A DNA stretch of 32,000 nt from Cereibacter sphaeroides 2.4.1 (lineage in GTDB: Bacteria; Pseudomonadota; Alphaproteobacteria; Rhodobacterales; Rhodobacteraceae): NCBI RefSeq assembly GCF_000012905.2, contig NC_007493.2, positions 1,680,001 to 1,712,000 on the forward strand. Direction: 5' to 3'. Each line of letters opens with the position of its first letter. The first letter of the stretch is position 1. This document shows, piece by piece, positions 1-9,051 of this stretch. The position numbers and the translations under genes were made by a program. The notes beneath the pieces are model-generated. The model was not told the DNA's origin. It did not search any database and saw nothing but the letters and a program-made list of their open reading frames with translations.

Positions 1-69
1 TACATACGAGTCCCGCGAAACTATCAAGTCGATTGCCAGCCTAAATACATTTAATTTAGGCAAGGCGGA

Positions 70-411
70 TTGCAAAACATGGAAGCTTTATTATTTGGAA
101 TTCCGCTATTCGTATTTACAGCCGCCTTTATTGGGGCTCTTTATTCGACTAAGGAATTCAAGTCGAAACGGGGAACCCGAATTGGTCGGATGTTCGATTA
201 CCTGATTCACTTCACATTGGCGTTTTTATCGGCATTGGTTCTGTATTCGCCAATATCAGCCTATTTCGGATTGCCTCCTGATTTGCATGGATTTATGGCG
301 CTCATCCTGTCTATGACATTTCACAATATCGCGAATGGATTCACGAAACTGTCAAAAGATAAAGATGCCATTCGCGACTTCATCATTCGATTGTTAGGCG
401 GCAAAAAGTAA
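70..411 (+). CDS. Small integral membrane protein, holin-like or a moron. The function is unproven.
   Basis: The track start is TTG at 70, with an in-frame ATG at 79. It has three hydrophobic segments (LLFGIPLFVFTAAFIGALY, HFTLAFLSALVLYSPI, FMALILSMTF) and a charged C-terminal tail (KLSKDKDAIRDFIIRLLGGKK). It converges on the tail-tip gene. No family was recognised. Confidence 0.45.
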   Translation: MQNMEALLFGIPLFVFTAAFIGALYSTKEFKSKRGTRIGRMFDYLIHFTLAFLSALVLYSPISAYFGLPPDLHGFMALILSMTFHNIANGFTKLSKDKDAIRDFIIRLLGGKK

Positions 412-435
412 AGGGGACCGAATTAACGATCCCCT
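412..435. terminator. Hairpin between convergent genes, a likely bidirectional terminator
   Basis: aggggaccg-aattaa-cgatcccct forms a 9-bp stem with one mismatch. It starts right after the TAA at 409-411 and is followed by a T-rich run (ctttatcttta). Confidence 0.5.
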
Positions 436-443
436 CTTTATCT

Positions 444-3400
444 TTATCTGCTAATCTGACTGACAATCACCTTCGGACGGTAAACAACACCCTTACCGGT
501 ATCCATCACAACTCGAACTTTCAGGTTAGCAATGCGCTCGAATAAGATGCTTGAGTATACACCTCCAATGAGAAGGCCATTCACCGCCAGCGCCTCACCA
601 CCCTCCAATTCTTTCGAAGCCAAGTAAATGCTATTGAATTCGGAGTTCGTCCCATACAAGTTAATCCAAGCATTCGGGTTTGCCGCAGTTGAAGCCCACA
701 AGGTGACTGCAATTCTGCAACTCGAAACCGATGAACGACGCCCAAGAGAACAATAGAATTCAGTTCTGATCGGGTTAAGCAATGCTCCTCCGTCATCTTC
801 AGCCGCCGCGAAATTCAATCCAGATCCAAGAGGAATGACACCTTCCCAAACCGAAGTGTCGTCTTTCGTGAATGTCTGGAATTGCTGATAATAAGTCTTC
901 GATACGGCACCAGACACGATCATGTCCGAACGGACTTTCAGACTGTTGAATTCAGCATTTCCATTTTGCTGAATGCGCCATCCCGAAGTGTTTGCAACGA
1001 AGTTATTAGATTGCAGCACGTTATTAAAGACAGCCAATCCAGCGGCATTGAAGCTAGAGGTATTGATATGCTCGGCCAGAAGTGAACCAGTAGTGTGATG
1101 GTTCGATGTCAGCGTGTTAGAAGAAATGTGATTCCCCTTAACACTTCCATCAACGATCAATTCGCCTCCTGCTGCTTTACGGACGGCCAATGAACCCATT
1201 TGGACATAGGAAGCCACGGAGTCATTGCGGATATACATCTGAACCCGAGCGAAAGCCGCATTGGCATGAGCAGTTACGTTAGCCGTTTTTCGATCAACAC
1301 CAAGGTTAGCAGTATCGGCATAAACGTTTCTTTGCCCGAGCAAAGCACCAGCGTTATTATAGAACGCCAAACGAAGGATAACGTTGGCACCGCCTGAGCC
1401 TTGCGTTTGGAGCAGAGCCGAAACGTGATAATCGGTGCCGCCTGTAACGGCGAAGGTAGAAGATTGAACACCAGAATAGTTCGTGTCTCCTGTCCCGTTA
1501 ACGCTCAACCGCAGAATATAAGGGCTTGCCCAGACAGCATTACCGGCCACGCTGAAAGCTTGGAACGGGCCAAGCCCGCCACCTCCAACCCAAGTTGCCC
1601 CTCCGCTGAAAAACTCCGAGAAGTCTGCATCAGGAACAAGGTTCGAGAAGTCGCTAATGGCAACTTTCGACGCAACAACCGATTGGCTGGCAAGTTCCCT
1701 AGTTCCGATTGCCCCGGCAGCGATTTGTGCTGCAACCAATTCGCCAATCACATCCGTAGCATTGACGTTCTTGACGTATGCACCATTAGACCATCTATAG
1801 GTTTCACCTTTCCAGAAAATCAGCGATGTCTTCTTAGTTGTTGGAAGTGCAGCACCAGCCCATGGAGTGATTGGCTCAATCCCCAATGCGAAAGAAGCAA
1901 TATCGACACTGCCCGGAGTCGGAGCAGCAACAAGCTCAGATACCCATGCAGAACCGTTCCAGCGGTAAAGCTTGCCAGTCGGAACCTGCATAACTAGTTG
2001 ATCGAGTTGACCGGTAGCCGGAAGAGTCGTCACGGGTTTAACACCATGACGAATTGCCGTTTCCTTCATTTGATCGAAGATAGTGTCGTCAAGATCAATT
2101 GGCGAAATCCGCACATTCGGGGTAGTCACATCAATCCAATTTGAATATCTCCAACGGACACCCGATTCCGGCTCATGCACCTTTGCTCGAACCTGATAGA
2201 TTTCATTCGGAAGAAGTGACTCAGTAATAATAACCGATCCAACATCAGTGGCTTGAGTCGTGCCAGTGACGACAACTGCCCCCGATGATTTGAGCCGAAC
2301 TTGGTAATTCACAGCGTCATAAGACGTCCCGTCGTCTGCGAGATCCCACGAGACTTTAATCCCCGGCATCCGGTCATTACCGGCAGCGTCTTTGACGACA
2401 ACTCCCGCAACTGCCAATCCATCCATTCCGATTTCCTCTTGGGGAACCGGGGGCGGTGGCGGGTAATAAGGCGCAATGGAGTCGTTAGCGGCGTCAATGT
2501 CGTAATCCGCAGGATTCCGCTCTTTGATATCGATTTGAACATTCAGCGTCATCGGGTTTATGCGAATTTGCTGGATTTCAAATACCTTCGCATCATAGAA
2601 TCTGGAAGGCGAAGTCCATGAAATCGAGTCCAACGGCTTCAATCCGAGGTAGCTTGGAGGCAGTGTAAGAGTATGAACACGTCTGCGACGATGGTCTGCC
2701 GCAGCTTCCCGCATCAATCTGCGAACCTGTCTCGGGAACGGGACTGCCGACAGTTTGATATCTGCCACAAGTTCAAGCCCTTGGTCCGCAGTCACCCATT
2801 CCGGCTTACTAAATGGTTCGGCTTCAGTCGATTCCCATACGGCTTTCGGATCGGGATAGGTTGCCCGAACTGTGTTGTAGCTCTCATTCAGCCCTTGGAA
2901 TGGCCGTTCCGAGATCGGATCGGAGACAATGATCACGTCATCGGTGATATGAGCAACTGGTGCAGCCGGAGCCCCGGCGCGGACATAGAAATACCCACCA
3001 GCTTCCGCCATTTCGGCCCCGGCTGCTTTCAACAACTCTTCGATAACTTCCAATGGTTCTGTATCGAGGCTGATCTCGATACCAGCTTGATAACGTTTAC
3101 GGTCTGCTTTCCAGTCGGTGGAATTCGGCTGCGTCCCGTTCTCGTCGCAAACGTTCATCGCTGCGAACCAAGACGACAATGGGAGTTTTTCGGCGGGAGC
3201 CCGAACCCCATAAACAAGGCCGTCCGGCATCGTGATACCTCGAATGAGGTTGTAGACCATGACGATTGGGTTTGCCGTAAACGTCCAAGTCGAGCGGTCA
3301 TTCCACCGCTGCGGACCTGATCCCCCTACTGAGGAGTCTTTACGCGGATCATAGAGACTTGCACCTTTTACAATGAAACGAGTTGAAGGAAGCTGACTGT

Positions 3401-4061
3401 AACGCTCATCATCGTAATAGAAGCTAGAAATTACATAAGCACAGCCCTTAAGGATATGTTGAGTTGTCCAAGGAAATTGAGGATGCTCGCCATAGGACTC
3501 TAACAGATAATCGTCTGCGGCAGTCTGGTTTCCGAGATACCAACGGAATCTAGCTGTCCCGTCCAGATCGCCCGAGACCTTACGTCCAAACTCGTTATTC
3601 CCGTCATCGATGATCGTTTGCTCTTTGCCATCAACGATCACGCCTAGAAGTTCATTGATCGGGAGATCCGAAATCACCGTGACGTAGTTCAACCAGTAAT
3701 TCAGCTTCTTACGATTGGAGCCATGCCGCGAAAGCGGAGCGACGGCCAAACAACCGTTAGTAGCGTAATAGCCAAGAATGATCTTTTGGGGCGTCTTTGA
3801 ACCAGAAAGCGTGACGTCTGTTTGAATGCCCCCGCTCTCGAATGTCGGTTTTGGGGCAAGCAATCGGCTCAGGGTCGAAAACGCAACAGAGAGTCCGACC
3901 TGCACGATGAATGCGGCTGTAGCGGCACTCCATCCCGTAATAGCGACAATGGCACCCGTAACCGGATCTGCATGAGCTTCGCGGACATCTGAAGTGAATG
4001 AGTCAATCGGAGTGATTGAAGTAGTGCATAGAGCAGCGGCTTTGATAATTGAGAAGGACAT
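444..4061 (-). CDS. Tail tip / host-specificity protein (lambda gpJ / RcGTA g15 class), 1205 aa
   Basis: It is the largest ORF and the last gene of the tail module, after the gpM/L/K-like genes. The N-terminus is hydrophobic and Gly/Ala-rich. The central part is FN3-like and beta-rich, and there is a PPPPPVP linker. The C-terminal part looks like a jelly-roll/CBM receptor-binding region (NAVWASPYILRLSVNGTGDTNYSGVQSSTFAVTGGTDYHVSA...). Confidence 0.85.
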   Translation of the reverse strand: MSFSIIKAAALCTTSITPIDSFTSDVREAHADPVTGAIVAITGWSAATAAFIVQVGLSVAFSTLSRLLAPKPTFESGGIQTDVTLSGSKTPQKIILGYYATNGCLAVAPLSRHGSNRKKLNYWLNYVTVISDLPINELLGVIVDGKEQTIIDDGNNEFGRKVSGDLDGTARFRWYLGNQTAADDYLLESYGEHPQFPWTTQHILKGCAYVISSFYYDDERYSQLPSTRFIVKGASLYDPRKDSSVGGSGPQRWNDRSTWTFTANPIVMVYNLIRGITMPDGLVYGVRAPAEKLPLSSWFAAMNVCDENGTQPNSTDWKADRKRYQAGIEISLDTEPLEVIEELLKAAGAEMAEAGGYFYVRAGAPAAPVAHITDDVIIVSDPISERPFQGLNESYNTVRATYPDPKAVWESTEAEPFSKPEWVTADQGLELVADIKLSAVPFPRQVRRLMREAAADHRRRRVHTLTLPPSYLGLKPLDSISWTSPSRFYDAKVFEIQQIRINPMTLNVQIDIKERNPADYDIDAANDSIAPYYPPPPPVPQEEIGMDGLAVAGVVVKDAAGNDRMPGIKVSWDLADDGTSYDAVNYQVRLKSSGAVVVTGTTQATDVGSVIITESLLPNEIYQVRAKVHEPESGVRWRYSNWIDVTTPNVRISPIDLDDTIFDQMKETAIRHGVKPVTTLPATGQLDQLVMQVPTGKLYRWNGSAWVSELVAAPTPGSVDIASFALGIEPITPWAGAALPTTKKTSLIFWKGETYRWSNGAYVKNVNATDVIGELVAAQIAAGAIGTRELASQSVVASKVAISDFSNLVPDADFSEFFSGGATWVGGGGLGPFQAFSVAGNAVWASPYILRLSVNGTGDTNYSGVQSSTFAVTGGTDYHVSALLQTQGSGGANVILRLAFYNNAGALLGQRNVYADTANLGVDRKTANVTAHANAAFARVQMYIRNDSVASYVQMGSLAVRKAAGGELIVDGSVKGNHISSNTLTSNHHTTGSLLAEHINTSSFNAAGLAVFNNVLQSNNFVANTSGWRIQQNGNAEFNSLKVRSDMIVSGAVSKTYYQQFQTFTKDDTSVWEGVIPLGSGLNFAAAEDDGGALLNPIRTEFYCSLGRRSSVSSCRIAVTLWASTAANPNAWINLYGTNSEFNSIYLASKELEGGEALAVNGLLIGGVYSSILFERIANLKVRVVMDTGKGVVYRPKVIVSQISR

Positions 4062-4486
4062 TATTGATCCTCCCCGAAACGAAATACTTTAGTCGCATTG
4101 AACAAGGGGACTCTAATTAGCCCTTTCTCACTCATGGCGAGGATGAAGCTTCCGCCGACTAAACCTACAGTCCATCCGGTCTCGGCAGCATCGCCTTCAA
4201 GCAAGGCCAAATCCCCAAATTGCGCCATGGCAACCGGGATTTCCGATCCGTTCTTTACAAACCAGTCAGCTTGATTTTCGTAACCGTTCTTCTTCGCAAC
4301 ACGAAGACCGCCGAGTGACGTTGTATAACGCCCCTTCCATTCAATAACGGGATTTATCCCGGTAATGGCTTCGACACATTCGCCACCGAACATGGCGCAG
4401 TCTGTAATGCCGTATTGGAATTCTGCGAATTCGTAATCTCGAATTACCGCAAACAGTCGGCTTTTATAATCGGATAGTCTTGACAT
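4061..4486 (-). CDS. Tail-tip associated protein in the lambda gpK / RcGTA g14 position, possibly a degenerate NlpC/P60-like fold
   Basis: 141 aa. Its stop overlaps the start of the host-specificity gene at 4061. It has a GITDCAMF Cys motif and a GDLALL motif, but no clear His dyad. Confidence 0.55.
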   Translation of the reverse strand: MSRLSDYKSRLFAVIRDYEFAEFQYGITDCAMFGGECVEAITGINPVIEWKGRYTTSLGGLRVAKKNGYENQADWFVKNGSEIPVAMAQFGDLALLEGDAAETGWTVGLVGGSFILAMSEKGLIRVPLFNATKVFRFGEDQ

Positions 4487-4488
4487 GA

Positions 4489-4521
4489 AAATACCTCGAA
4501 CAAAGAAGATTCGAGGTATTT
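4489..4521 (-). promoter_or_regulatory. Perfect 11-bp stem hairpin covering the Shine-Dalgarno sequence of the 4061..4486 gene
   Basis: The minus strand reads aaatacctcga-atcttctttgt-tcgaggtattt-tcATG. The GAGGT SD lies inside the 3' arm, 6 nt from the ATG at 4486. Confidence 0.55.
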
Positions 4522-4535
4522 AGATTGTCTATTTC

Positions 4536-5210
4536 TTATGGCTGCGGCTGAACCTTTTTCTTAAAGTGATCCAAGACGGTCCCCATAAGGATGCCAGCAA
4601 AAGAATTAACCTCCTTATCGCCTTTCTTTTTGCGACCCCAGAATACAGTTTGGTTTCCGGCAACCGATGAATACAGACGTCCTTTGTCGTTCGGATCACG
4701 TTTGCGTTGATCGGCATCCGACTGACGAGAATACAGCGGTCTAGATCCATTTCTCAATGAAGATGCAAGAGTAAGGCTTGCAGTCGATTCACTCGTGTCT
4801 GTGGAGATATCGATTGAGTCAATGAAGCCTTCAAATGCCGGGGTGACACCTAGAAAGCCTTCGGTCTCGGGGTCAATTAGCCCAAGGTGAATTTGAATAG
4901 GAGCGAAGGTGCAGTCATACACCCGAATAGCCTCCACCACTTTCGGATCTAGAATGCTCAGAGCAACGTTCTGCGTCTGGATATTGGTTCCGCTTGAGTA
5001 AACCAGATCATCGATACTCAACAGCCCGCCCGCTCCTGCATAAGTTCGAGTTTGACCAGCAACAGAAATGGTCGTCGGACCAATACCATTCCAAATCCCC
5101 GATTCCTCGATTGCTCCCGTTTCCCTATTCTTCGCGGAAATCCACAAAAACCAATATGGCTGGATAGTCGTCCGGGATAATGCGGCCTGTAACGTCGAAT
5201 TCAATTGCAT
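4536..5210 (-). CDS. Minor tail / hub protein (gpL / RcGTA g13 position)
   Basis: 224 aa, second gene after the tape measure. The call rests on synteny and general sequence character. No motif was identified with certainty. Confidence 0.55.
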   Translation of the reverse strand: MQLNSTLQAALSRTTIQPYWFLWISAKNRETGAIEESGIWNGIGPTTISVAGQTRTYAGAGGLLSIDDLVYSSGTNIQTQNVALSILDPKVVEAIRVYDCTFAPIQIHLGLIDPETEGFLGVTPAFEGFIDSIDISTDTSESTASLTLASSLRNGSRPLYSRQSDADQRKRDPNDKGRLYSSVAGNQTVFWGRKKKGDKEVNSFAGILMGTVLDHFKKKVQPQP

Positions 5211-5218
5211 GGATCACC

Positions 5219-5863
5219 TTACTGTGTTGAAAATACTTGTTGGAAATCGAATTGATAGCCACTCGCACTATCTAGCCCAATCGTGCCTGTCTTCATCGAT
5301 CCGGGAATGTATCGGCATGTCGCCCATGGATAAGTGAGGTATGCCGATGCACCATTCGCTGGCACGAAATTGGCACGAAATGGGTTCAACATCTTGATTG
5401 ATATCGTTCCGTTGAATGCTGCCGTTTTAGTTTCCGCAAATTGATAGATCACAGAAACGCCGTTTTGGATCACACTGAAATAATCGCCTGTCGTGATCTT
5501 GTAGTCCGCAGGCAAACCAGCAAGGTTCACGGTGTATCCGGCAACTGGCGAAGTAATCGTTACGGTCGCACTTCCTAATTTAGAACCAGTAGGATCAGCT
5601 TGCGGATATTCGTATTTCGGAGGGCAGAATGCGAAATAGTTTCCGGCAGTCTGAATAGAACGAATTGCAGTTTCTATTTCGCGGGCAACTTCGATACTCG
5701 TCGGAGAGCAAGTAATCGATCCCATCCAGATACGAGGGCCGAGTTGATTGACAGTCATCGCACCCGAATAGGACTGGCTGGAAATTAAGTTTTCGGACAA
5801 GCTAAATGCGTAGTCTCGAATCTTGAGTTTGTATTGAAAGTTTTGAAGGTTATAAACAGTCAT
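5219..5863 (-). CDS. Distal tail protein / minor tail protein (gpM position)
   Basis: 214 aa, immediately downstream of the tape measure with a 3-nt gap. The call is by synteny. Confidence 0.55.
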   Translation of the reverse strand: MTVYNLQNFQYKLKIRDYAFSLSENLISSQSYSGAMTVNQLGPRIWMGSITCSPTSIEVAREIETAIRSIQTAGNYFAFCPPKYEYPQADPTGSKLGSATVTITSPVAGYTVNLAGLPADYKITTGDYFSVIQNGVSVIYQFAETKTAAFNGTISIKMLNPFRANFVPANGASAYLTYPWATCRYIPGSMKTGTIGLDSASGYQFDFQQVFSTQ

Positions 5864-5866
5864 TTT

Positions 5867-8188
5867 TTACCTCTTACGCGGGTCTTTGCTGATAATTGCG
5901 TTTCTTTGGGGCTGCGTTTTCGAATACTGATTCAAGCCCTGTTGTGTGATTTTGACTGAGGTTTGAGCAGACTTATCTAGAATGCGAGCTTCAAGATCTG
6001 GACTCATGCTCAGGTCGAGGTGAACACGTTGAGCAGCCCCGCCCATCATGTTCATGGACTCACGGTTGCTGAGAACCTGTGCCCCACGCGGCATGGACAC
6101 AAGCTCAGGGCCTCTTTCTCCAACCCATGAGAGTCCGCCTCTCCAGCCACTCGTGCCATTCGCATTGGCTCCTATTGCTCCTCCTCCAAGGATCCCGGCA
6201 ACACTTCCCCAGAAGCCACCGCCACCGCCAAGACTGCCGAGGAATGACGTGAATGCCCCGTTAGCGAGGTTACTTGCCAGAGAAGCGAAGAAGTTGCTTA
6301 GGGCCGATCTTGCGCTCTCCGATCCAGTGACGATGCTGGAGAACATGTCTCCCAATTGTCCCTTGAACCTATCGATTGCAGCATCTTGAGTTTTCAACCG
6401 TTCTAGCTCAGTCACCAAACCGGCAATCTTCTGCCCCTGTAGAGACGATGCAGTTACCCCGGCCTGACGTTGGGCATTCCAAATTTGCTCGGCTAGAGCG
6501 GTCTGGCCCATAGTATTTTTCAGTTGCTCGATATCGCCATTAAGAGTCCTGATGGTCTCTTGGTATTTCGAAAGCTTCGCAGAACCACCACCGGCAGCAT
6601 CCCCGCCCGAGATATCGCCAATTCCTTTCGTATTCAGATCAGGCAGTTTCGGAACGTTCGGATTTGAACCGTTTGCATCACGTTCGGCTTTAGTCTTGGC
6701 CTGCATAGCGTCGTAGTCCGACCGGGCTTTAGCCATTGCATCGGCAAATCCTTGACCGGAATCGACCAACGAAGATGCGCCATTCGTAACAGCGGACATT
6801 CCTTCTGACATTGTGGCCTTTGCCCCGGCAATTAATGCCTTAGCATCACCGGACATTTCGACGCCAATGTTGATTTTCGGAATTTTATCACCGGGTTTGA
6901 TAGCGTTTATGCCATCGATTGCTATGTTGATGCCCTGCCCGATTTTCATCATCAGCTTGGCGAATGCAGCTTCCGCTTGACCGAAGGCATAGGCAAACGC
7001 GCCATAGATCACTTTGCCGACGCCCTCGAACATCGAACCAATGGCGCTCAGACCTGTCTTGATCGTGTTTTCGACTCCGGTCCAAATTGTTCCGGCAAGT
7101 TGCATGGCATTAGATACCCCGCCAACGGAGTCCACAAGGTTGAGCGTCTGATAAACGATTTCGCCGATGACGACGGCTAGGGCTCCCCATCCAGTCCGCA
7201 CCAATGCTGCCCGCATGAGCGTCAGAGCCCCGGCAAGGCCAAGGGTGTAGACACTGGCGGCAAGTGTCGCAGCCCCGTAGGCGGCCAGCCCAACGGCTCC
7301 TGTAGCGGCGTAAGTGGCAATCCGACCGATGTTGTCTGCCAGAACCATGAGGCTGGATCCAACTGCCTGCCCCATCGTGGCAAAGACCGTGCGGATACCG
7401 TCTGCCTGAGCTAGGAAGACCTGAAGACGAGTGGAGACTTCGGCCAGCGGGCCAGCGAACCCGGACACGAAGATGTTGCCCCATCCCGAGACAATCCCTC
7501 CGATACCCGACAGGTTTGCCGAGAAGGTCGATAGGTTTTTGATAACTTGATCGGATAGAATTTGACCGGTCGAAAGCAGTTCTGCTTTGATCCGTTTGAA
7601 TTCGGCACCGTTATTTGCCAGAAGAGGAGCGAGCTTCGAAGCCTCGTCGGATAGACTCTCCCACAAGAAAACCTGAGTTTCTAGAGGAAGGTTCATTCCC
7701 TCCATTAAGCTTTGGATCTCGATCAGACGTTGCTCGGGCGGCAGCCTGAGTATATCCTTTGCGGAAACTCCCTGCGGCTTCGCAACCATTTCCATGAAGT
7801 CCTTCATCTCACCACCACCGGTAGCGAGATATTCACCGAGTCGATCTGCGCCATCCTTCAGAATGTCGGACACCTTGTCTGCCTCGATACCATATCGTTT
7901 CGCAGCGCTAGTAAGGGCTTGATATCCCTCAGTAGAAAGACCTAATGCATTGGCCTGACGTTCAACTTCCTTGGCGTTGTTCGCCATCAAAACCGTGCCA
8001 GTAGTTACGGCAGCACCCATCGCCGTTCCAATCGCCGCAGCGGCCTTGCCGATCTTCGCAGCAGTTTTGGTAAACGAGGATTCAAGGTTCTTCGCACCTT
8101 TTACAGCCTTGCGGCCACCGGCCTCGAAAGCCGCTGTATCGAGTGAAAGGTTCGCCCGTAAAGCCCCGACTACTGATGCTAAAGACAT
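5867..8188 (-). CDS. Tail tape measure protein, 773 aa
   Basis: It sits after the chaperone pair. The central part has long Ala/Gly-rich hydrophobic segments, with coiled-coil stretches and a Gly-rich C-terminal region (GGGGFWGSVAGILGGGAIGANANG). Confidence 0.9.
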   Translation of the reverse strand: MSLASVVGALRANLSLDTAAFEAGGRKAVKGAKNLESSFTKTAAKIGKAAAAIGTAMGAAVTTGTVLMANNAKEVERQANALGLSTEGYQALTSAAKRYGIEADKVSDILKDGADRLGEYLATGGGEMKDFMEMVAKPQGVSAKDILRLPPEQRLIEIQSLMEGMNLPLETQVFLWESLSDEASKLAPLLANNGAEFKRIKAELLSTGQILSDQVIKNLSTFSANLSGIGGIVSGWGNIFVSGFAGPLAEVSTRLQVFLAQADGIRTVFATMGQAVGSSLMVLADNIGRIATYAATGAVGLAAYGAATLAASVYTLGLAGALTLMRAALVRTGWGALAVVIGEIVYQTLNLVDSVGGVSNAMQLAGTIWTGVENTIKTGLSAIGSMFEGVGKVIYGAFAYAFGQAEAAFAKLMMKIGQGINIAIDGINAIKPGDKIPKINIGVEMSGDAKALIAGAKATMSEGMSAVTNGASSLVDSGQGFADAMAKARSDYDAMQAKTKAERDANGSNPNVPKLPDLNTKGIGDISGGDAAGGGSAKLSKYQETIRTLNGDIEQLKNTMGQTALAEQIWNAQRQAGVTASSLQGQKIAGLVTELERLKTQDAAIDRFKGQLGDMFSSIVTGSESARSALSNFFASLASNLANGAFTSFLGSLGGGGGFWGSVAGILGGGAIGANANGTSGWRGGLSWVGERGPELVSMPRGAQVLSNRESMNMMGGAAQRVHLDLSMSPDLEARILDKSAQTSVKITQQGLNQYSKTQPQRNAIISKDPRKR

Positions 8189-8229
8189 TATTGAAATCCT
8201 CGCGAAAAAATTACTCCATTATGTATGAC

Positions 8230-8260
8230 CAAACAAAAAGCCCCGGATCTACTCCGAGGC
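8230..8260 (-). terminator. Weak terminator-like hairpin overlapping the chaperone stop codon
   Basis: The minus strand reads gcctcgga-gtaga-tccggggc (one mismatch) followed by tttttgttt. It may attenuate transcription ahead of the tape measure gene. Confidence 0.35.
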
Positions 8261-8925
8261 TTCTGCAATTACGTTTCCAGCCTTAATTAGATGATCGTTA
8301 TATCGCTTCATATCTGCGATCAACTTCTTATTGCGCTCTTTAGGTGAAAGCTTTGGCTTCAATTCCCTATGGCGGATGAGCAGTGTTTCGAGTTTGGGCA
8401 TCTTATCAACACGGCTTAGGACGGCGGTGTAATAAGCAGTTCGAATATCGTTATCGTATTGCGTTTCTGCTTTCTTCCTTGCTGCCTTCATGAAGATCGA
8501 AAATGTTACCTGATTCAAATTCCAGAATGCATCGGGAGTATTTGGATAGGAAATGAGATAGGTCTCATACAGATCAGCGATTGTTGGCGGGGTTACTTCG
8601 CCTTCTTTCTCCCCGCCTTCGGCTTTCCCGCCTCTGCCGCAGCCTCATCGATATCCTTGTTGATCGAAGCAACCAGATCTTCGAAATAGATGGCCAACAT
8701 TTCCCCTGCTTCTTCTAGGGTCACTTCGGGTTGATTCACCTTGAGACCGCAATAAAGCAGCGTTCGCCATTCAGTTACATTAAGCTGGCCCGATGCCATG
8801 CGGGCCATAACTTCGAGTCCGTTCGATCCCTCAACCATGGACTCGTATTCCGCAAGAGCATTGAAGTTCAAATCAAGCTTCATGCCGTTCTGGAATGTGT
8901 AAATACCTTTGCTATTCGTTTTCAT
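8249..8925 (-). CDS. Tail assembly chaperone G-T-like fusion made by a -1 programmed frameshift (predicted 225 aa)
   Basis: The downstream frame is open from 8644 but has no credible start; the track start at 8518 is a TTG with no RBS. It overlaps the end of the 8593..8925 frame in the -1 register. The extension contains PDAFWNLNQVTF, reminiscent of the rcc01693/phiE125 gp8 family motif P-x-x-F-W-x-L. Confidence 0.7.
8593..8925 (-). CDS. Tail assembly chaperone, G-like product (GTA g10-like family)
   Basis: 110 aa, located between the tail tube and tape measure genes. The pattern LDLNFNALAEYESMV...GQLNVTEWRTLLYCGLK resembles the gene-transfer-agent-family chaperone. Confidence 0.8.
   Translation of the reverse strand: MKTNSKGIYTFQNGMKLDLNFNALAEYESMVEGSNGLEVMARMASGQLNVTEWRTLLYCGLKVNQPEVTLEEAGEMLAIYFEDLVASINKDIDEAAAEAGKPKAGRKKAK
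8623..8629 (-). promoter_or_regulatory. Slippery heptamer G GGA AAG for the -1 ribosomal frameshift
   Basis: The minus strand reads gcg gga aag ccg in the zero frame. It is the same heptamer used by lambda G/GT and lies within the 8596-8644 frame overlap. Confidence 0.7.
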
Positions 8926-9051
8926 TCTTATTCTCCAAGATGTGTTTTTCGTTATTCTCTAGCAGACGATCCACGCTTGCGGATTCAATCTTTAGTCTCT
9001 CAATGTCAGGATGCTTTTCGACCTGACATTCAAGCTCATCGTTATTTATGT

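Noticed and set aside
1-54. Open frame entering from the left edge (…YIRVPRNYQVDCQPKYI*), followed by the hairpin gcctaaat-N7-atttaggc
   Set aside because: It is only 17 codons, too short to call. It is mentioned only as a hint that a plus-strand operon continues upstream.
444-1500. Diversity-generating retroelement targeting the tail-fibre C-terminus
   Set aside because: There is no reverse transcriptase gene in the window. I could not find a template-repeat copy of the 3' end of the gene nearby.
444-4061. Nested or antisense ORFs inside the host-specificity gene (for example 1401..1997 +, 2673..3320 +, 581..796 -) and similar ones inside the tape measure, capsid, portal, TerL and integrase genes
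   Set aside because: All are shorter than and fully contained in strongly supported genes. They lack RBSs and have odd composition rich in Arg, Cys and Ser.
8926-9051. A 47-codon acidic ORF with a TTG start between the HNH-AP2 gene and the chaperone gene
   Set aside because: It has no ATG and no SD, and it overlaps the chaperone start. It was treated as non-coding cassette flank.
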